Source: Deltaproteobacteria bacterium
GTDB lineage: Bacteria; Desulfobacterota; Syntrophia; Syntrophales; Smithellaceae
Direction: 5' to 3'
DNA length: 64,000 nt
NCBI GenBank assembly: GCA_022710585.1
Contig: JAKLGV010000005.1
Span: forward strand, 4,053-68,052
Positions 53,755 through 63,055 of this stretch are shown piece after piece. Each line of letters begins with the position of its first letter. Position 1 is the stretch's first letter. The translations under genes and the position numbers were made by a program. A model generated the notes under the pieces. It was given only the letters and a program-made list of their open reading frames with translations, was not told where the DNA came from and ran no database searches.

Positions 53755-55695
53755 ATGAAAAGAAATGTTTATCTGGCCATGAAGAGCCTTGAGGACGCCA
53801 AAAATATCTTTTCCGGATTATGGCAGGAAAAGAAGACGCTGCCGGAACAGATCCCTGCGGAAAACGCGCTGGGCCGCGTAACGGCGGAACCCGTCTATGC
53901 GGGAATCTCCGCTCCGACGTATCACTCGGCGGCCATGGATGGCATTGCTGTGAAAGCGGAAGCAACTTACGGGGCCACGGATCAAACGCCGAAAATTCTC
54001 AAAACCGGCGAGGATGCCGTGTGGATTAACACGGGCCATGCCCTGCCTGAAGGATATAACGCGGTGATCATGGTGGAAAAAATCCATGAGCGCGACGAAA
54101 GTCATATCGAGATTATGTCGCCCGCCTATCCCTGGCAAAACATCCGGAAAGTGGGCGAAGATATCATCGCCACGCAACTTCTGTTTCCGCACAACCACAT
54201 CATCCGTCCCTACGATCTGGGTGCGCTGGTTGCGGCCGGTGTTTTCAGCGTCAGCGTTTACAAAAAACCGAAGGTCATGATTATACCGACCGGCACGGAA
54301 ATTATCAGTCACCGGGATGTTGCCGATTTCGGCCAACTGAAAAAAAATCAGATCATCGATTCGAACTCCATTACGCTGTCGGGCCTTGTCCGGGAGGCGC
54401 ATGCGGAACCGCATGTTCTGGATATCACCCCGGATGACGAAAGCGCAATACGGAATGTTCTTTTGCAGGCGTCGAGTTCCGACGCGGATCTGATTCTTAT
54501 GATCGCCGGCTCGTCGGCAGGCTCCAGAGATTACACATCCGCCATCCTGTCGGACATCGGCGACGTGCTGGTCCACGGCGTTGCCATGATGCCGGGCAAA
54601 CCGACCATCCTCGGCGCTGTCAACGGAAAACCGGTCATCGGCATTCCCGGCTACCCCGTTTCCGCCATTCTTGCTTTTGAGCAATTTGCCAAGCCGCTTC
54701 TTTTAAGTCTTCAGGGCATGCCGGCTCCGAAGACTCACACGATTGCCGTCCGGGCATCCAGAGCGATCCCGTCAAAATTGGGATCGGAGGAATTTGTGCG
54801 CGTGAACATCGGCCGGGTGGTAAACCTGACTGTGGCTACGCCGCTTCCCAGATCGGCGGGATCGATCACCACCCTGACAAGGGCGGAAGGCATTATCCGC
54901 ATTCCATCTTTTTCTGAAGGTATCAATCAGGATGAAGAAATACAGGCCGAACTGCTGGTGGACGAAGAGGAATTGAAAAATACCATCGTCGTGATCGGCA
55001 GTCATGATATCACGATCGATATCCTCGCGGATGAAATCAGAAACGCCACGGGCCGGAATATCAGGATTTCGTCGGGAAACGTGGGAAGCCTTGGCGGCTT
55101 GATGGCGATTAAAAAAGGGATCTGCCATTTTGCCGGCTCCCATCTGCTCGACACGCAGACGGGCGAATATAATATTTCGTACATCAAGCGCTATCTAAAA
55201 GGCATCGGGATCAGTCTCTTTCATCTCGTTCGCAGAGATCAGGGGTTGATCATTAAAAAAAACAATCCGAAAGGCATCAGGGGAATCACGGATCTCACGC
55301 GCGACGATATTTCATACGTCAACCGGCAGGCAGGATCGGGTACGCGCATCCTGCTGGACTATAACCTGGCCCGTTCAGGAATCAAAGCCGGGTCCGTCAA
55401 GGGCTACGACGATGAAGAGTTTACACACATGTCGGTGGCCGTCGATGTATTGAGCGGTGCCGCTGATTGCGGCATGGCCATTTACGCAGCAGCAAAAGCC
55501 CTTGATTTGGATTTCATTCCGATGGATACGGAACAATATGATCTGGTGATCCCGACGGACCTTCTGAAGGATGAAAACATTCAGGCCGTTCTCAGTACAA
55601 TCCGCTCTCAGAAATTTCGCGACCGCGTCACGGCACTCGGCGGTTATGATCCGTCCAGAAGCGGCGAACTGGCCGCGGAGATAACGCCGGGGTGA
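53755..55695 (+). CDS. MoeA fused to a C-terminal periplasmic-binding-protein-like (molybdate-binding type) domain
   Basis: N-terminal 410 aa is MoeA-like (AAMDGIAV, IAGSSAGSRD, PGKP). The C-terminal ~230 aa is PBP-like (IGSHD...GNVGSLGGLMAIKKGICHFAGSHL). Confidence 0.8.
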   Translation: MKRNVYLAMKSLEDAKNIFSGLWQEKKTLPEQIPAENALGRVTAEPVYAGISAPTYHSAAMDGIAVKAEATYGATDQTPKILKTGEDAVWINTGHALPEGYNAVIMVEKIHERDESHIEIMSPAYPWQNIRKVGEDIIATQLLFPHNHIIRPYDLGALVAAGVFSVSVYKKPKVMIIPTGTEIISHRDVADFGQLKKNQIIDSNSITLSGLVREAHAEPHVLDITPDDESAIRNVLLQASSSDADLILMIAGSSAGSRDYTSAILSDIGDVLVHGVAMMPGKPTILGAVNGKPVIGIPGYPVSAILAFEQFAKPLLLSLQGMPAPKTHTIAVRASRAIPSKLGSEEFVRVNIGRVVNLTVATPLPRSAGSITTLTRAEGIIRIPSFSEGINQDEEIQAELLVDEEELKNTIVVIGSHDITIDILADEIRNATGRNIRISSGNVGSLGGLMAIKKGICHFAGSHLLDTQTGEYNISYIKRYLKGIGISLFHLVRRDQGLIIKKNNPKGIRGITDLTRDDISYVNRQAGSGTRILLDYNLARSGIKAGSVKGYDDEEFTHMSVAVDVLSGAADCGMAIYAAAKALDLDFIPMDTEQYDLVIPTDLLKDENIQAVLSTIRSQKFRDRVTALGGYDPSRSGELAAEITPG

Positions 55696-55734
55696 TTAAG
55701 AAAGATTCCCAAAGAATTTTTGGAAGGTTATTGA

Positions 55735-56343
55735 TTGCTGCCCAAATCCTTCAAAGAATGGCTGCTGATCCTGCTGATTATCGCTACCTTCGGTTACTTT
55801 ATCTATGAAAAAATGGAGCAGAAGCATATTGCCGGCATTGGACCGGTCGAGGAGCAGCCGATACAGGAGAGAACCCAGGCGCCTGTCATACAAAACGCGG
55901 ACTACACCATAGAGCCGGTCGCGCGATATGCCATTCGCGCCAAGGTGCTATCCACCGAACGCTACCGGTTTGGACGAATGTCTGATTTGTCGCCCGTTGA
56001 TTTCGCGCTGGGATGGGGACCGATGTCGCATAATGACATCGTCGAAAAACTGAATGTCCGTCAAAGCGACCGCTGGTATTATTACAGTTGGAAAGGCAGT
56101 CCGCCCATTGATCCTGCCGATATTGTCCGTGCCTCCGCCAATACGCATCTGATGCCCGCCAACGACAGCGTGAGATCCAGCCTCTTCAAGGTTCGCGCCG
56201 GCGAAATCGTCAATCTTAAAGGCTACCTCGTCAACGTCAGGCACCGCGACGGATGGACATGGAAAACATCTCTCACCCGGGAGGACAGCGGTGGAGGCTC
56301 GTGTGAATTGATGTGGGTGGAAGAAGCGATGGTCGAGAACTGA
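55735..56343 (+). CDS. Hypothetical membrane-anchored protein
   Basis: TTG start with a GGAAGG RBS and one N-terminal TM. No family recognised. Confidence 0.45.
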   Translation: MLPKSFKEWLLILLIIATFGYFIYEKMEQKHIAGIGPVEEQPIQERTQAPVIQNADYTIEPVARYAIRAKVLSTERYRFGRMSDLSPVDFALGWGPMSHNDIVEKLNVRQSDRWYYYSWKGSPPIDPADIVRASANTHLMPANDSVRSSLFKVRAGEIVNLKGYLVNVRHRDGWTWKTSLTREDSGGGSCELMWVEEAMVEN

Positions 56344-56362
56344 AAAAATGAAATGCTACGTC

Positions 56363-58138
56363 CTATGTGAGAAGGTAGCCGTTTTCCTGAAATAATCTCA
56401 GGCAGGCATCGGCCACCACACTGTCATAAAGAATTCCCCTGTTTTTCTCAATTTCCGCAAGGGCTGCTTCAATGCCGAGCGAAGCGCGGTACGGACGATG
56501 AGACGCCATCGCCTCTACGACATCGGCCACGGAGAGAATTCGGGCTTCCAGAATGATTTCCTCCCCTTTAAGTTTTCTGGGATAACCGGATCCGTCCATT
56601 CTCTCATGATGTTGATAAACGATCTGCGCCAGAGGCCACGGGGATTCCACATCCTTCAGCATTTCATATCCGCTCTGCGCGTGTTCTTTAACCAGCAGGA
56701 ACTCGATGTCCGTTAATTTGCTGGGCTTGGTCAATATCTCGGCGGGCACGGATATTTTCCCGATATCATGGATGATGCCCGCCATCCGGATTCCTTCGAT
56801 GATTTCTTTATCCAGCCCCATCTCCTTGGCGATGGCGCAGGCCAGATTGGCCGACTTGGCCTGGTGACCGGCTGTGTATGGGTCTTTGGACTCCAGGGCG
56901 GAAACCAATACCTGAATGGTGGTGTTGGTCGCCCTCTTGAGACTTTCGAGGCTATGCTGAAGCTGTTTTTCAGCCTTCTTGCGAAGCGTGATATCCTCCG
57001 CCAGACCTTCATTATAGAGCGTATGGCCCTGTTCATCCGTCACCGTTCTGGCATTAAGAATCACCCAAAAAACGCTCCCGTCCTTCTTGATGAATTCAAC
57101 CTCAAACCCTTCGACGGATCCTTTTTCTGCTATAATTTCCAGAAATCTGTTCCTGTCTTCAGGACGAAAATAAAGCTCGGTGCTGACATCTTTGATGGAA
57201 TCGATTAATTCCTGAGGGGATGCATACCCGGCCATCCGTGCAAAGGCCTTATTCACCGTGACGATATGTCCTCCAAGGGTGACCTGGTATATGCCTTCCA
57301 TGGCGTTTTCAAAAATATTGCGGTATTTGGCCTCGCTTTCCCTGATTAAATTTTCAGCGTTTTTGCGCTCCGTGATGTCGCGTGAAATTCCTCTGAAGCC
57401 GGCCGGGTTGCCTGATGCATCCTTCACTAAGGACACGGATACTTCGATGTACCGTCTGGTTCCATCTTTTCTGAGCAGCTGCCAGTCGAATTCTTTTGAG
57501 GGTTCTCCTGTATTGAAAACCTTATTAAACGTATGAAACAGTTTTTTGGCGTATTTCTCATCTGTAAACTTCCGGTAATTCATCCCCATCAATTCCTCGC
57601 TGGAATAACCGAGGGTCTTGCGCATGGACTCGTTGAAAAAGGTAAATCTCCCGGACAGATCAACTTCGTAATATCCGTCTTCGATATTTTCCAGGATGGT
57701 TCGATACTTTTCCTCGCTCTGACGAAGTTCTTGTTCCGCCTGCTTTTGTTTGTTTCTAATTCTTGCGTCTTCCAGTTCCCTGGCGATGGCCGGGCAAAGA
57801 AGCGACAATTTGCCCTTCATGAAATAATCGTGCGCGCCGTTGCGCATACATTCCAAGGCGGTTTCTTCACCGATGGTTCCCGATATGACTATTAAAGGAA
57901 TGTCAAGGTTGGCTTCCTTGGAAATGGCAATCGCTGCCGGCGCGTTGAAGGTCGGCATATTATAATCACAGAGAATGATATCCCACTGTTTTTCCCGGAG
58001 CGCTTTTTTCATATCTGCGGCGGTGTCTATCCGTTCATAGACGGGATTGTACCCGCCCTTCTTCAGTTCGCGGATGGTCAGCAGAACGTCATCTTCCGAA
58101 TCATCGATCATTAAGGCCCGCAGCATTGTTTCCGGCAT
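56363..58138 (-). CDS. Response regulator: REC plus two PAS domains plus an HD-GYP phosphodiesterase domain
   Basis: REC with DDSEDD...D...K. Two EKYR/AKYR-initiated PAS modules. HDIGK and HHERMDGSGYP. Confidence 0.88.
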   Translation of the reverse strand: MPETMLRALMIDDSEDDVLLTIRELKKGGYNPVYERIDTAADMKKALREKQWDIILCDYNMPTFNAPAAIAISKEANLDIPLIVISGTIGEETALECMRNGAHDYFMKGKLSLLCPAIARELEDARIRNKQKQAEQELRQSEEKYRTILENIEDGYYEVDLSGRFTFFNESMRKTLGYSSEELMGMNYRKFTDEKYAKKLFHTFNKVFNTGEPSKEFDWQLLRKDGTRRYIEVSVSLVKDASGNPAGFRGISRDITERKNAENLIRESEAKYRNIFENAMEGIYQVTLGGHIVTVNKAFARMAGYASPQELIDSIKDVSTELYFRPEDRNRFLEIIAEKGSVEGFEVEFIKKDGSVFWVILNARTVTDEQGHTLYNEGLAEDITLRKKAEKQLQHSLESLKRATNTTIQVLVSALESKDPYTAGHQAKSANLACAIAKEMGLDKEIIEGIRMAGIIHDIGKISVPAEILTKPSKLTDIEFLLVKEHAQSGYEMLKDVESPWPLAQIVYQHHERMDGSGYPRKLKGEEIILEARILSVADVVEAMASHRPYRASLGIEAALAEIEKNRGILYDSVVADACLRLFQENGYLLT

Positions 58139-58395
58139 AGATTGTTTCCCTTAAATTAAAATGAATTGACGCGCAATGGTTTTGAATTCGTACGGAGTTC
58201 ACTTAGTATTTTTACAAATAATTGTCAACCATTCCGGCATAAACGAACCACGCGGCAACGCTGCCGGCAATACGAAACGGGGTCGGGTTTTCCCGTTGCC
58301 CGGGCCGACGCCATCTCGACAGCAAAGTTTTTAATGTCTTCCATGATTTTCTATCCCGTATTGCTTTTTTATATTAAGTTGTTATTATATCAGCG

Positions 58396-58878
58396 ATGAG
58401 TAAAGAGAAATTTCCGACAACACCGGCCGTTTTAGTCCTGAGGGCGCAAGACGCTGATTTTACTCTGCATCATTATCCCTACGAGGAAAGAGGCGGAACG
58501 AAAACAGCAGCCGCAAAATTGATGGTGGATGAGCACCGGATCATCAAAACCCTGATTATGGAGGACGAATCAGCCAGGCCGCTGATTATCCTGATGCACG
58601 GGGATAAGGAGGTTTCCACCAAATCGCTGGCCCGTGCCATCGGCGTCAAAGCGGTTTCGCCATGCCATCCGGCGACGGCGGAAAAACATACCGGCTATAA
58701 AGTCGGCGGAACTTCTCCTTTCGGCACCAGGAAGGCGCTGCCTGTTTATATGGAGCAGACCATTGCCGATTTGCCGGAAATTTTTATTAACGCCGGCGCT
58801 CGCGGTATGCTGGCGAGAATGCCGGCATCGGAAGTGGTTCGTATTTTGAAGCCTGTCACGGTGAGTGTTGCCATATGA
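58396..58878 (+). CDS. ybaK: Cys-tRNA(Pro)/Cys-tRNA(Cys) deacylase YbaK
   Basis: 160 aa. The TPAV..L......F..H.Y N terminus and GYKVGGTSPFG motif are typical of YbaK/EbsC. Confidence 0.85.
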   Translation: MSKEKFPTTPAVLVLRAQDADFTLHHYPYEERGGTKTAAAKLMVDEHRIIKTLIMEDESARPLIILMHGDKEVSTKSLARAIGVKAVSPCHPATAEKHTGYKVGGTSPFGTRKALPVYMEQTIADLPEIFINAGARGMLARMPASEVVRILKPVTVSVAI

Positions 58879-58927
58879 GTTGCCTCTGGTCGGGAAAGCA
58901 GAGATAAGATAATGAAAGGGAATCACC

Positions 58928-59485
58928 ATGTCCGATGATGTTATTATACGCTGTCTCAATTGCGGAACCAAAAACAGAATACCAAAACACAAACTGCAGG
59001 GAAGGTCACTCTGCGGCAAATGCGGCGCTTCGCTGGAAGAGCTCATCATCCCCTGCCTCAAATGCGGAACGAAAAACAGAATGCCGGAAAATCGCCTCAA
59101 TCAAAAGCCTTTATGCGGCAAATGCCGTGAACCGCTGATTATTCCGCAGCAGAAAGTTTTTCCGTTTGAAGTTACCGACCAGACCTTTGCCCGCGAAGTG
59201 CTGGGCTCCGACTCCTCCGTCCTGGTGGATTGCTGGGCGCCGTGGTGCGGTCCGTGCAGGACACTGTCTCCGGTTATTGATGAGCTGGCGTCTGATTATG
59301 CCAACGGCGTCAAAGTGGTTAAACTCAACGTCGATGAAAATCCGCTGACGGCTTCCCAATACGGCATCCGCAGTATTCCCACACTGCTTTTCTTTAAAGA
59401 AGGCAAAGTCGTGGATCGAGTCACCGGAGCGCTGCCGAAAGAAGAAATTGAACAGCACCTGCTCTCCATCATCACAACCAATTAA
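58928..59485 (+). CDS. Thioredoxin with two N-terminal zinc-ribbon modules (Trx2-like)
   Basis: WAPWCGPC active site. Two CLxCGTKNR-x10-CGKC modules upstream. Confidence 0.88.
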   Translation: MSDDVIIRCLNCGTKNRIPKHKLQGRSLCGKCGASLEELIIPCLKCGTKNRMPENRLNQKPLCGKCREPLIIPQQKVFPFEVTDQTFAREVLGSDSSVLVDCWAPWCGPCRTLSPVIDELASDYANGVKVVKLNVDENPLTASQYGIRSIPTLLFFKEGKVVDRVTGALPKEEIEQHLLSIITTN

Positions 59486-59500
59486 ACGGGCGATCATTTC

Positions 59501-60028
59501 ATGAAAAAAGACAAACTTTCTCTGGCGTATCAATGCAAGATTTTTGATGTATGGGAAGAAGAATTCGCATTACCGAACGGCAAGACAACCCGACAGAGCT
59601 GGATTAACCATCATCCCACCGTGGCGATTGTCGCCGTCAACGACAAAAACGAACTGCTTTTGATCAAACAATACCGCAACGCCGTGAAGAAAGATCTGCT
59701 GGAAATTCCCGCCGGTTCGCTGGATGGCGCCGAAGAATCTCCCCTGGTCTGCGCGCAGCGCGAACTGGCCGAGGAAACCGGTTTCCAGGCCCGCACCATC
59801 ACCAAACTTTTCGAAGGTTATCTGCTGCCCGGATATTGCAACGAATACATGTATTTTTTCCTGGCAAGAGACTTAAACCATGCGCCTCTGACGCCCGACG
59901 ACGATGAGTTCATCGAAACAATTCCTGTCAGTTTTTTTCAGGCGCGAACTTTCATCGACCAAGGCGATATCATCGACGCCAAAACAGTTTTGGGCATTCT
60001 GCTGGCCGAGCAACATCTAAAGCTCTAA
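59501..60028 (+). CDS. NUDIX hydrolase (ADP-ribose pyrophosphatase-like)
   Basis: Nudix box GSLDGAEESPLVCAQRELAEETGF. Confidence 0.85.
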   Translation: MKKDKLSLAYQCKIFDVWEEEFALPNGKTTRQSWINHHPTVAIVAVNDKNELLLIKQYRNAVKKDLLEIPAGSLDGAEESPLVCAQRELAEETGFQARTITKLFEGYLLPGYCNEYMYFFLARDLNHAPLTPDDDEFIETIPVSFFQARTFIDQGDIIDAKTVLGILLAEQHLKL

Positions 60029-60278
60029 GAATTAAAATTATTTTGATGCCGGGAATTAAAAAGGAGGCTTGTGTACCTCTGTTCCACGTTTTAATGAGAT
60101 AAGTCAGACATCTATATTCTCTCTTGCGAGGGATGCGAAAACCCTTGAAACAATTCAATTTTATTCTTGCAATGTTTTTAAGAAGTTGTATGATTCTTCT
60201 CGCTTAAACAATATTCGATATTACAAGCTGCGCTGCCATTTGTTGTCTAGTTTGACGGATGCGCGATAATGGATTGAC

Positions 60279-63053
60279 ATGGCTAATCAAACCCCTGAAC
60301 AGATAGCACGGGATGAAATCGACAATCAGTTAATTGAATGCGGCTGGATTATCCAGAACAAGAAGCAAATCAACCTGCAAGCCGGACCCGGTGTTGCCGT
60401 AAGAGAATATCAAACTGCCGTTGGCCCCGCCGATTATGTTTTGTTTGTTGATGGCAAGCCCATCGGCGTTATTGAAGCCAAGAAAGAAGAAGAGGGCGTT
60501 AACTTAACCACTCATGAAACTCAATCCAAGGATTACGCGGACAGCAAACTGAAATACCTCGATAACGATCCACTTCCTTTTGTTTATGAAAGCACCGGTA
60601 CTTTAACCCGATTTACCGATTACCGCGATCCCAAGCCACGTTCCCGTCCCGTTTTTACTTTTCACCGTCCGGAAACCTTTCGGGCACGGCTGAAACGCGA
60701 CAAATCGCTGCGAAAAAGAGTGTTTGATATTCCGTCGCTGTCAATCACCGGCCTGCGCGAATGCCAGATCATTGCGATTAATAATCTGGAAACATCGTTT
60801 CGCGCCAATCAACCCAGAGCACTCATTCAAATGGCCACCGGTTCGGGCAAAACCTTTACCGCCATCACGGCTATTTATCGTCTGCTGACCTATGCCAAAG
60901 CCAATCGGGTCCTTTTTCTGGTGGATACCAAAAATCTTGGCGAGCAGGCCGAACAGGAATTCATGGCCTACGTTCCCAATGACGACAACCGCAAGTTTTC
61001 CGAGCTTTACGGCGTGCATCGCCTGAAATCCGGTTTTGTGCCGACCGACAATCAGGTCTATATCAGCACCATTCAGCGGTTATATTCCATTCTGAAAGAT
61101 AAAGAGCTGGACGAAAACGAAGAAGAAACAAATCCGGCTGAAATTCGCTGGGAAGGCCGCGAGCCGGTTCCTGTCGGCTACAACGCCAAACTGCCCGTTG
61201 AGTTTTTCGACTTTATCGTCATTGATGAATGTCACCGCAGCATTTACAACCTCTGGAAACAGGTTCTGGATTATTTTGACGCCTTCTTAATCGGTCTGAC
61301 CGCCACGCCCGACAACCGCACGTTTGGTTTCTTCAATCAGAACATCGTCAGCGAATACACGCACGAGCAGGCTGTGACCGACGGCGTCAATGTCGGGAGC
61401 GACGTATATCTGATCGAAACAAAAATCACCCAAAAAGGCGCCCAAATCTGGAAAGGCCAGTATGTAGATCGCCGCGAAAAACTCACCCGTAAGAAACGCT
61501 GGGAACAGTTGGATGAAGATGTGGCTTACACAAACACCGAGCTGGATAACGATGTGGTTAATCCCAGTCAGATTCGCACAGTCATCCGCACGTTCAAAGA
61601 ACATCTCCCGGAAATGTTTCCCGACCGCATCAATGAAAAAGGTGAGCTGGAAGTTCCCAAGACATTAATCTTTGCCAAAACCGACAGCCACGCCGACGAC
61701 ATCATTCAAATGGTGCGGGAAGAATTCGGCGAAGAAAATAAATTCTGCAAGAAGATTACCTATAACAGCGATGACCCCAAAAGCACACTGGCGCAGTTCC
61801 GCAACGATTATCACCCGCGCATTGCCGTGACCGTGGATATGATTGCCACCGGCACCGATGTCAAGCCGCTGGAGTGCCTGCTTTTCATGCGGGATGTCAA
61901 AAGCCGCAACTACTTTGAGCAGATGAAAGGCCGGGGCACGCGCACCATCAATCTTGATGATTTAAGAAAAGTCACGCCGCAGGCCCAGTCCACCAAAGAC
62001 CATTATGTGATTGTTGATGCCGTGGGTGTCACGCAAAGTCTGAAAACCGACAGCCGCCCGCTGGAGCGGAAACCGGGCGTGCCGCTGAAGAGTTTGCTGG
62101 CCGCGATTACCGTAGGAGCAAGAGACGAAGACCTGTTTACCTCTCTGGCTAACCGTCTGGCGCGATTGGACAAGCAGATTACAGAGAAGGAAAAGAAAAC
62201 CTTTACCGAAAAGGCAAAGGGCAAAACCATCCCGCAGGTAGTTAAGGAACTGCTCAATGCTTACAACCCCGATACTCTGGAAAGTCTGCGCCAGAAAGTG
62301 GAAACGGAAAACCCGGATGCAGCACCACACAAGAAAGAAGAAAAATTTCAATACCTGACCACCGAACTGCGCGATCAGGCTGCCGCCACCTTTCATGGCG
62401 ATCTCAACGATTACATTGAAAACGTGCGCAAAGTTCACGAGCAGCTTATCGACACAATCAATATTGACGAGGCCACTCATATAGGCTGGGAAAAAGACAG
62501 CAGGGAAAAAGCCGAAGCGCTGGTGAAAGACTTTGCCGCCTGGATTGTGGAACATAAAGACGAAATCACCGCGCTGCAAATTTTCTACAGCCAGCCTTAC
62601 CGCAGACGCGAACTGACTTACAATATGATTCGTGAGCTGGTGGATAAAATTATCGCCGACAAACCTACGCTTGCGACGCTGGGAGTGTGGCGTGCCTATG
62701 AAGTTTTAGAGGGTGCGAGCGGGCAGCCGAAAAACGAACTGGTGGCGCTGGTTTCGTTGATTCGCAAAGTGGCCGGGATTGATTCCAAACTGACGGCTTA
62801 TGACAAAACCGTGGACAAAAACTTTCAGAACTGGGTTTTCAAGAAACAGGCGGGAACTTTGAAATTCAATGAAGAGCAAATGCAGTGGTTAAGAATGATT
62901 AAAGATCATATTGCCGCATCGGTTTCCTTCAGCATCGAAGACCTGGACTACACCCCCTTTGACTCGCAGGGCGGAAAAGGCAAAATGTGGCAGCTTTTCG
63001 GAAATGAGACGGAAAATATTATCAATGACCTGAACGAAGCATTGGCGGCGTAG
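60279..63053 (+). CDS. hsdR: Type I restriction enzyme R subunit (EcoEI-like C terminus)
   Basis: N-terminal nuclease region (ADYVLF...IGVIEAKK), helicase motifs QMATGSGKT and DECH, EcoEI_R_C-like tail. Confidence 0.9.
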   Translation: MANQTPEQIARDEIDNQLIECGWIIQNKKQINLQAGPGVAVREYQTAVGPADYVLFVDGKPIGVIEAKKEEEGVNLTTHETQSKDYADSKLKYLDNDPLPFVYESTGTLTRFTDYRDPKPRSRPVFTFHRPETFRARLKRDKSLRKRVFDIPSLSITGLRECQIIAINNLETSFRANQPRALIQMATGSGKTFTAITAIYRLLTYAKANRVLFLVDTKNLGEQAEQEFMAYVPNDDNRKFSELYGVHRLKSGFVPTDNQVYISTIQRLYSILKDKELDENEEETNPAEIRWEGREPVPVGYNAKLPVEFFDFIVIDECHRSIYNLWKQVLDYFDAFLIGLTATPDNRTFGFFNQNIVSEYTHEQAVTDGVNVGSDVYLIETKITQKGAQIWKGQYVDRREKLTRKKRWEQLDEDVAYTNTELDNDVVNPSQIRTVIRTFKEHLPEMFPDRINEKGELEVPKTLIFAKTDSHADDIIQMVREEFGEENKFCKKITYNSDDPKSTLAQFRNDYHPRIAVTVDMIATGTDVKPLECLLFMRDVKSRNYFEQMKGRGTRTINLDDLRKVTPQAQSTKDHYVIVDAVGVTQSLKTDSRPLERKPGVPLKSLLAAITVGARDEDLFTSLANRLARLDKQITEKEKKTFTEKAKGKTIPQVVKELLNAYNPDTLESLRQKVETENPDAAPHKKEEKFQYLTTELRDQAAATFHGDLNDYIENVRKVHEQLIDTINIDEATHIGWEKDSREKAEALVKDFAAWIVEHKDEITALQIFYSQPYRRRELTYNMIRELVDKIIADKPTLATLGVWRAYEVLEGASGQPKNELVALVSLIRKVAGIDSKLTAYDKTVDKNFQNWVFKKQAGTLKFNEEQMQWLRMIKDHIAASVSFSIEDLDYTPFDSQGGKGKMWQLFGNETENIINDLNEALAA

Positions 63054-63055
63054 GA

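Noticed and set aside
53818-54684. 288-aa antisense ORF within the MoeA-PBP fusion gene
   Set aside because: It is a shadow ORF with Arg/Gly/Asp-rich junk composition. The same applies to 21921-22652, 19937-20554, 50446-51105 and 61962-62579.
58166-58399. 77-aa ORF and a GC-rich hairpin-prone segment in the HD-GYP/ybaK intergenic region
   Set aside because: The ORF has no RBS and an implausible composition. The hairpins (aacggg...cccgtt) are short, which is not enough to call an sRNA.
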